Shown: one piece after another, positions 57,597 to 64,000 of the stretch
Position numbering within the stretch: the stretch's first letter is position 1
Layout: the number at the start of each line of letters is the position of its first letter
Assembly: GCA_044222065.1 (NCBI GenBank)
Contig: JBGAOA010000009.1
Span: 1-64,000, forward strand
DNA from: Candidatus Eiseniibacteriota bacterium
Lineage (GTDB): Bacteria; Eisenbacteria; RBG-16-71-46
Reading direction: 5' to 3'
Length of the DNA: 64,000 bases
The notes under the pieces: generated by a model
The model's database searches: none
Seen by the model: only the letters and a program-made list of their open reading frames with translations
What the model was told of the DNA's origin: nothing
Translations under genes and position numbers: made by a program

Positions 57597-59162
57597 TCAG
57601 CGCACCGAGGCGAATCGCGCGGCGAGGCGCGTCGTTCCGGCCGCGTCCGAGACGCTCGCGCGCGCGAACAGCACGCCCACCGGCAAGGCACGCGCCTCGA
57701 GCGCGAAGCGGTGCGCGCCGGGGGCGAGTTCGCCGTCGGCGACGAGCGCGACCCGCCGCCCGAGCACGTCGTGGAGCGTCAGCCGCACCCGGGCCGCGCG
57801 CGGCAGGTCGAGCGCGAGTTCCCGTCCCGCGGGTCCGCCGCGCACCGCGAGGCGCGCGGCCTCCGGGAGCGTGGCGACGGTCTCGACGCCGACGAGCGCG
57901 AGCACGACGACGCGCACGCGCTTCGCTTCGTACAGCACCGCCACGGCGCCGGCGTTCGGAACGCCGTCCACCGTGACCGACGCGAACGTGCCGGTGATCG
58001 CGGTGCCGGCCGTGAGGATCGTGAGCGTGTCGCCGACCGCGGGTGGCGACGTCGTCGAGAGCCGCAGCGCGAGTTCGCCGCGCAGCGTGTCGCGCGTCGT
58101 CGCGGTGACGAGGTCGCACAGTCCGCCGGCGGCGAGATCGGCGACGGTGCGCGCGTCGGCGCCGAGCCCGAGCGAGCCCGTGATCGCGAGCGTCGCGATC
58201 GCGTCGAGCGAGTCACCCGGCGAGAGCGTCGCGGTGGAGCCCGCGCCGTCGCCGACGCGCACGACGCCCTGGAGCGACGCGCCGCCCTCGAGCGCGCCGC
58301 CCATGACGTAGACGAGCGTCTGCTTCACGGGCCCGTTCACGACCGTGCGGCCCGACGTCTGCCAGTAGCTGCCGAAAGGCTTCACGGCCGTGCTGCGATC
58401 CACGCTGCCGGTGGCGGCGACGCGGAAGTCCCCGTCGTTCACGATGCGCGCGCGACCCGCGTCGTAGAGCGTGTTCGTGAGCGGACCCGCGATCACGAGC
58501 GTGCCGGTGTTCGTGAGGAGGCCGGTGTTCGAGAAGAACGCGCCGGCCTCGTTCACGAGCGTGCCCGAGTTGAAGCACTCGCCGTCGAGCGGCAGGTCGG
58601 CGCCCGCGTGATTGAGGAACGTGCCGCGGTTGTCGAGCGTCGGATTGTCGGGATCGCCCGGCGGATCGTTCGACGGGTCGATGAGCGTGTACAGGTAGAG
58701 GTTGTTCTCGACGAGGCCGTCGTTCACGAGCCGCCCGTCGTCGTAGATCGTGAAGTCGCTGCTCGTGACGAGCGTGGCGCCGGTGCGGTTCCACATCGTG
58801 CCGTCGTCCTCGATCTGCAGGATCGCGTCGTTCGTCCACGCACCGCGGTTGTCGATCTGCGCGCTCGCGAAGACGCGCGGCCAGGCCCAGCCGCTCATCG
58901 CGAACGTGCCGCCCGGCTGCACGAGGAACAGGCCGCTGTCGGCGAACGCCCCGCCCGGCGAGGCGAGGAAGTACGTGACGACGTTCGCGGCCGACACTTC
59001 CAGCGTGTCGCCGAGTGCGATCTTCGACCCCGGCAGCGGGCACGGCGAGGTGCCCGTGGTCTGCGAGCAGAGCTGCACGCGTCCGGCGCGGGCGGGCGAA
59101 ATCACGAGCGGCGAGGAAGCGACGGCGGCGAGCGCGGCGAGCGCGACGATGCGGCGAAGCAT
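57597..59162 (-). CDS. Secreted beta-helix/adhesin-like protein with T9SS-type C-terminal domain
   Basis: MLRRIVALAALAAVASSPLVISPARA signal; NxG repeats (DNRG, VNDG, FNSG, TNTG); passenger-like TLSPG...GTFASV; CTD HDVLGRRV...GVLFAR...RFASVR. Confidence 0.8.
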   Translation of the reverse strand: MLRRIVALAALAAVASSPLVISPARAGRVQLCSQTTGTSPCPLPGSKIALGDTLEVSAANVVTYFLASPGGAFADSGLFLVQPGGTFAMSGWAWPRVFASAQIDNRGAWTNDAILQIEDDGTMWNRTGATLVTSSDFTIYDDGRLVNDGLVENNLYLYTLIDPSNDPPGDPDNPTLDNRGTFLNHAGADLPLDGECFNSGTLVNEAGAFFSNTGLLTNTGTLVIAGPLTNTLYDAGRARIVNDGDFRVAATGSVDRSTAVKPFGSYWQTSGRTVVNGPVKQTLVYVMGGALEGGASLQGVVRVGDGAGSTATLSPGDSLDAIATLAITGSLGLGADARTVADLAAGGLCDLVTATTRDTLRGELALRLSTTSPPAVGDTLTILTAGTAITGTFASVTVDGVPNAGAVAVLYEAKRVRVVVLALVGVETVATLPEAARLAVRGGPAGRELALDLPRAARVRLTLHDVLGRRVALVADGELAPGAHRFALEARALPVGVLFARASVSDAAGTTRLAARFASVR

Positions 59163-59339
59163 GGGGGCAGGCTCCGGGCGAGGGGTGAGCGGCGAACGTG
59201 GCCGGCGCGAGTATGTCGGCCCGCGCGCCGCCGGCTCAAGGACGAAGCGCATTCGGCCCCTCAAGCCCGGCCCCTCCGCGCCGAGACTGCGAAGGTGGAC
59301 TCTTTCCCGAACGCCTCCCCGCCCCCGAGCGAGCCCCCG

Positions 59340-60634
59340 ATGGAACCCGAGTCGCCCCGCGACCCGAGCGCGCCCGGCGCGCATTCGATCCCGGCAGCGT
59401 GCGGCGATCCGGCGCCGGCGCGCCGCATCTTCGTCGCGCGCCAGCCGATCTTCGATCGCGATTCGCGCGTCGTGGCGTACGAGCTGCTGTTCCGGAACTC
59501 CTCCGAGAACCGCTTCACCGTCACGGACACCGACGCCGCGACCGCGATCAGCATCGAACAGAGCACGGCGGCCTTCGGGTTCGACGACCTCGTCGGGAAC
59601 GCGCTCGCGTTCGTGAACCTCTCGCGCGGCGCGCTGCACGACGAGCTCTACCGGCTGCTCCCGCGCGAGCGCACGGTCGTCGAGCTGCTCGAATCGCTCG
59701 AGCCCACGGCCGACAACCTGCTCGCCGTCTCGAAGCTGCACGACGCGGGCTACGTCATCGCGCTCGACGACTACGTCGGCGGCCCGAACACCGACGCGTT
59801 CCTTCCCTACGCCGCGATCGTCAAGGTGGACGTGCGCACCGCGCCGCACTGGCGCGAGGGCGGTTTCGTGGCGGCGCTGCGCGCGCGCGGCCTGCGCCCG
59901 CTCGCCGAGAAGGTCGAGACGCACGAGGAGCACGCCGCGGCGCTCGAGGCCGGCTACGAGCTGTTCCAGGGCTACTTCTTCTGCGAGCCGCAGATGCTCG
60001 AGACGCGCGACCTGCCGCCGTCGAAGGCGTTCCAGCTGCGCTTCCTCTCCGAGGCGAGCCGCACGGACGCGTCGTTCGAGCGGCTCGAGGAGCTGTTCCG
60101 TCAGGACGTCGCGCTCACGATGCGCCTGCTGCGCTACCTGAACTCCGCCGCGTTCGGCTGGCGCTACGAGATCACGTCGCTGCGCCACGCGCTCGCGCTG
60201 ATGGGGCTCCGTCCGCTGCGGAAGTGGGCGCTGATGATGGGACTGCTCTCGCTCGCGAGCGACCGGCCGCGCGCGCTCGTCGTGACGTCGCTCGCGCGCG
60301 CCCGCTTCGCCGAACGGCTCGGCGCCGAGAGCGGGCTCGACGAGCACGACCTCGAGCTGTTCCTCACCGGCATGCTCTCCGTCGCCGACGCCATGGTCGG
60401 GCGGCCGCTCGAGGAGATCCTGTCCGGGCTCGCGGTGCCGGAGTCCGTGCGCGATGCGCTGCTCGGCGGGGACAACGAGGTCGGCGCCGTGTTGCGCATG
60501 GTGCGCGCGTACGAGCGCGGCGACTGGGCGACGCTCGACGACGCGCGCGGCGAGGGCGGCCCCGACGACGCGGCGCTCGACGCCGCGTACGTGCAGTCGC
60601 TCGAGTGGGCGGAGGCGACGGCGGACGCGCGTGA
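59340..60634 (+). CDS. EAL + HDOD domain protein (YuxH-like); native stop probably at 60632-60634
   Basis: FVARQPIFD...YELLFR, ALDD, AEKVET, FQGYFF; HDOD RLLRYLNSAAF, FLTGMLS, AYERGDW. As given, the frame reads through to 61322 into the antisense of the convergent gene; removing one CG from GACGCGCGTGA gives EWAEATADA-stop. Confidence 0.85.
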
Positions 60635-60656
60635 GCGCGTCGCGCCGTCGCGAGAC

Positions 60657-61131
60657 TCACTTCACGAGCACGATCCGGCGCGTCGCGCCCGGCTCGCCTT
60701 CCACCTCGAGCCGCCCGAAGTACACGCCCGCGTTCCCCTCGGGCGCGCTCCAGCGCAGTTCGTGGTAACCGGCGGTGAACGCCTGCCGCACCGGCTCGCC
60801 GAGCTGCCGCCCCGCGACGTCATAGACCGCGAACGTCACGACCGCGTCCTTCGAGAAGCGCACGAAGCCACGCGCCGGGTTCGGCGACGGCGGGCCGAAC
60901 GCGAGCGACTTCGGCAGCGCGGCCGTCGCCCAGGATCGCGCGGATCGGGTTCCACCGAGACGACGCGAGTGCCGCCGAAGCACCGAAGCCGTGGCACAGG
61001 AAGAAGCTCGCGTTCGCCGGGCCGCCGACGACCAGCTGGCCGACGCCGAGCAGCGACGAGTTCTGCGCGCCGTCGACACCACGCCGCCGCGCAGCACGCG
61101 TGCGCGTGCGGCGATCGCGGCGCGCGCTCAT
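60657..61131 (-). CDS. Small secreted protein with T9SS-type CTD, disrupted by several apparent indels
   Basis: Pieces in three frames: GQLVVG...ANASFFLCHGF, CFGGTRVVSVEPDP, LPKSLAFGPPSPNP...YDVAGR...GVYFGRL...RRIVLVK. Confidence 0.65.
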
Positions 61132-62659
61132 CGCGATCGTGCGCGCGCTTCGCGGCGGCCGCGATGCGGCGCGGCGCGGGTGCCGCCGCCGTCGTCGCGC
61201 GCATCAGCTCGACCTCCGCCTTCGCCGCCGCCTCGCGCAGCGCGCCGCGCGCAGTTCCAGCTCGCGCAGATCCACCTGCACGGCGCCGGCGTCGCGCGCT
61301 CCCCGCCGGGCCCGACGAGTGACCCGCGACGGACGTTCCTGCGAGCCCGTCGCGCACCGCGTCCCGCCGCTCAACAGGTCGACGAGACGGCTCGTACGAG
61401 GTCGGAACGAACGTCGCGGTGATGGTCGGCTGCCCACACGTAGTTCGAGAAGCTCCCATTGTTCGCGCGAGCCTGGAAGTAGAACGAGTACGTGCCCCGC
61501 CGGCTTGAAGTAGGTGCGTCGTAGTGAGAAATGGGAATGCGGCTGAGGCCGAACGGGGCGGCGGAGTGAAACCCGAGACGGTGTAGCGCGAGTAGTCCAT
61601 GCTGCCGCCCGAGGAGTCCTTGATCGTGAGTTCGGCCTCGTTCATCACGGACCCGTTGCCGCCGATGCCGTGCATGCCATCCGCTTCGACCTCGATGTAG
61701 CCGGCGGCCGGCGTCGTGATCGTCACGCTCACGAGATCGGTCACCGTGGTGGAAGTGGAGATCACCACCGAGCTACTCCCGTGCCCCTGCGCGACGCCGG
61801 GCTCATCCAGGATCTCGGCCGACGAGATCGAGCTCGCGGGCAACTGAACGCCGCCGTCGCCGGCGACGCGCGTGTCGAACAGCACGTCGCGTGAGGCGCC
61901 GTCGAAGAGGACGTAGGGATCCTCGGAACCCGACACGTCGCCGATCATGCGAATGCCTCTCGTGCTGTTGCCCTTCATGAGCCGAAGCTCACCCGCCGCA
62001 GTCGCGAAGTTCGGGACCATCAGCCCGATCGCCTGACCGCTCGTGTTCGCGATCCACAGATCGCCGCCGTTCGGCCCCGCTTCGAAGATGGCCGTGCCGT
62101 AGATGGACGACGGCCCCCACGCGACGTACACCCCGTCGTTGAGCAGGCTGCCCGCGATGAAGCCGGGATCGGCGCCGATCGCGTAGCCGCCGCCGTCGTT
62201 CGCGACCACGAACGACGTCGTCGAAGTCGGGCCGAGGCCGACGTACGGCAGACGCAACGCGAGAGCTTGCGGCACCGGAGTCAGCGCCACGCGCGGCGTG
62301 AGTTCGGCGCCGCCGTTCACGGACACGCCGAGGTAGTACGGCCAGTCGAACAGGATCTCGAGCGGGGTCACGGACCCGAGCACCACGCTGAAGCCCCCCC
62401 GGTTCACCGTGACGCCCGCCTGGGTCTCGGTCCACGCCGGACTGCCGCCGACGTCGAAGAGGTACAGGCGGAACGTCAGGTCGTAGGTCCCGTCCGGGAC
62501 GATGTTCCCGGCGCCGTCGGCGAGCACGCCTTGATAGCTCGTCGTCGAGGGCACGACGGCGAACGCGGGGGCGGACGAAAGGGCGAGTCCCAGCGCGAGG
62601 ATCACGGCGGCAGCGAATGCGGCCCGTGCGCACCGGGGACAATCGGCGAGGAAGTGCAT
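61128..62659 (-). CDS. Secreted fibre/adhesin-like protein; 3' part frame-disrupted, end approximate
   Basis: Signal peptide; N-domain SYQGVLADGAG...LTFRLY...WTETQ...GGFSVVLG...ELTPRVALTPVPQA; C-terminal beta domain and coiled coil (VDLRELELRAAR / LREAAAKAEVELMRA) split across frames. Confidence 0.7.
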
Positions 62660-62834
62660 GACGTGTGGACTCCGCAGGATGGGACGAACGGCGTCGGTCG
62701 AGGAACGCGTGTCATTGCGAATGCGCTCGAGGCCGTTTCGTCACAGTCCGTGGAGGGGGGCTCGCAACCCGGCGCCGCACGCACGCACGATGCCCCCCGG
62801 GGGCGCGGCCCGCGGCCCCGCCCGGGACGCCGCG

Positions 62835-63389
62835 CTACACCCCCGCCTTCAGCTGCTCGAGGAAGCGCTTCCGGAACTTCGCCACCTTGGGCGCCACGAC
62901 CGCCCGGCAGTAGGGCTGGTTCGGGTTCAGCGCGAAATAGTCCTGGTGGTAGCTCTCGGCCGGGAAGTAGTCGCGCAGCGGCTCGATCGCGGTGACGATC
63001 GGGTCGCGCCACAGGCCTTCGGCCGAGAGTTCCGCGATCACCTCGCGCGCGGCGACTTCCTGCTCGCCCGAGTGCGTGAAGATCGCCGAGCGATACTGCG
63101 TGCCGACGTCCGCGCCCTGCCGGTTCAGCGTCGTCGGATCGTGAACCGTGAAGAACACACGCAGCAGGTCGCGGAACGGGACCTGCGCGGGATCGAACTC
63201 GATGCGCACGACCTCGGCGTGGCCGGTCTCGCCCGAGCACACGGCCTTGTAGGTCGGATTCGCGACGCGGCCTCCCGAGTAGCCGGCCTCCACGCGCTCG
63301 ACGCCCTTCAAGTCGCGGTACACGGCGTCCAGGCACCAGAAGCAGCCGCCGGCGAGCGTCGCCAGTTCGAGCGGGCGTGACGAGTTCAT
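62835..63389 (-). CDS. msrA: Peptide-methionine (S)-S-oxide reductase
   Basis: [43 protein letters not shown]. Confidence 0.97.
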   Translation of the reverse strand: MNSSRPLELATLAGGCFWCLDAVYRDLKGVERVEAGYSGGRVANPTYKAVCSGETGHAEVVRIEFDPAQVPFRDLLRVFFTVHDPTTLNRQGADVGTQYRSAIFTHSGEQEVAAREVIAELSAEGLWRDPIVTAIEPLRDYFPAESYHQDYFALNPNQPYCRAVVAPKVAKFRKRFLEQLKAGV

Positions 63390-63492
63390 TCGATCCTCCG
63401 GGGTGGAAGGTGTGCGGGGGCGGGCGGGCGATGCCTCAATGCCGCTCGCGGCCGCGCGGTTCCCCGCGCCCGGCCCGAGCATCGCCGGCGGC

Positions 63493-64000
63493 TCAGCTTC
63501 GGATGAGCCGCTCGGCCGCCTGGTGCGGCGTCTCTTCGCGCGCGGCGAGCCGCTCGAGCGCCGCGCGCCACGCGTCGGCCGGAACGGCGGTGCGGAACCG
63601 GGTCCACAGGCGGTCGCGCAGCAGTTCGGTGAGCCGCTGCTCGAGCCGCTGCTTCCGGCGGCGGTCGAGCGCGCCGCGTTCGCGCATGTAGCCGAGGTGC
63701 TCTTCGAGACCGTCGGCGAGTTCGGCGACGCCCTCGCCGCGCGAGGCGACGGTGAGCCGCACGGGCGGCACCCAGTCGCTCGTCGGCGCGCGCAGTTCGA
63801 GCGCCGAGTTGATCGCGAACGCGGCGCGGTCGGCGCCTTCGCGGTCGGCCTTGTTCACGACGAACAGGTCGGCGATCTCCATGAGGCCCGCCTTCATCGC
63901 CTGCACGGCGTCGCCCGACTCGGGCACGAGCACGACGACCGTCGAGTCCGCGGTCTGCGCGACCTCGAGCTCGCTCTGCCCCACGCCCACCGTCTCGATG
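63493..64000 (-). CDS. meaB: MeaB/ArgK GTPase chaperone of B12-dependent mutases (5' end outside window)
   Basis: [36 protein letters not shown]. Confidence 0.93.
   Translation of the reverse strand, partial: IETVGVGQSELEVAQTADSTVVVLVPESGDAVQAMKAGLMEIADLFVVNKADREGADRAAFAINSALELRAPTSDWVPPVRLTVASRGEGVAELADGLEEHLGYMRERGALDRRRKQRLEQRLTELLRDRLWTRFRTAVPADAWRAALERLAAREETPHQAAERLIRS

Noticed and set aside
57711..61322. 1203-aa ORF as a multidomain EAL protein
   Set aside because: Only about 59340-60630 is protein-like; both flanks are antisense shadows of minus-strand genes.

Overview
A very GC-rich (visually about 70%) bacterial chromosome segment that is almost entirely coding. PorX next to tsaE, several secreted proteins with type-IX-like/FlgD-Ig C-terminal domains and an FCB-style TonB receptor suggest an FCB-related diderm such as Ca. 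Eisenbacteria or a relative; this is inference only. Housekeeping genes: tsaE, serS, rpsP, ffh, rpe, rsmB, fmt, def, yajC, tgt, acpS, msrA. A dispersed acyl-CoA/B12 cluster holds biotin carboxylase plus carrier, two acyl-CoA mutase large subunits with different active-site signatures, one B12-binding small subunit with a 48-bp-repeat histone-H1-like tail, an epimerase, MeaB, three acyl-CoA dehydrogenases, hbd and a thiolase. Signalling modules include PorX with a nearby kinase, an ECF-Ser/Thr kinase pair whose flanking genes share a CCACAGGA-N16-AAGGGA motif, an ECF/anti-sigma/Spy cassette, and a TolC-SBP-SBP-hybrid kinase operon bracketed by an exact 35-bp direct repeat. A DprE1/DprE2-like pair is also present. 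No rRNA, tRNA, CRISPR array, integrase or transposase was recognised. Several small indels (about 13680, 14565, 60630-61560) look like sequencing or assembly errors, so frameshift claims need read-level checking.
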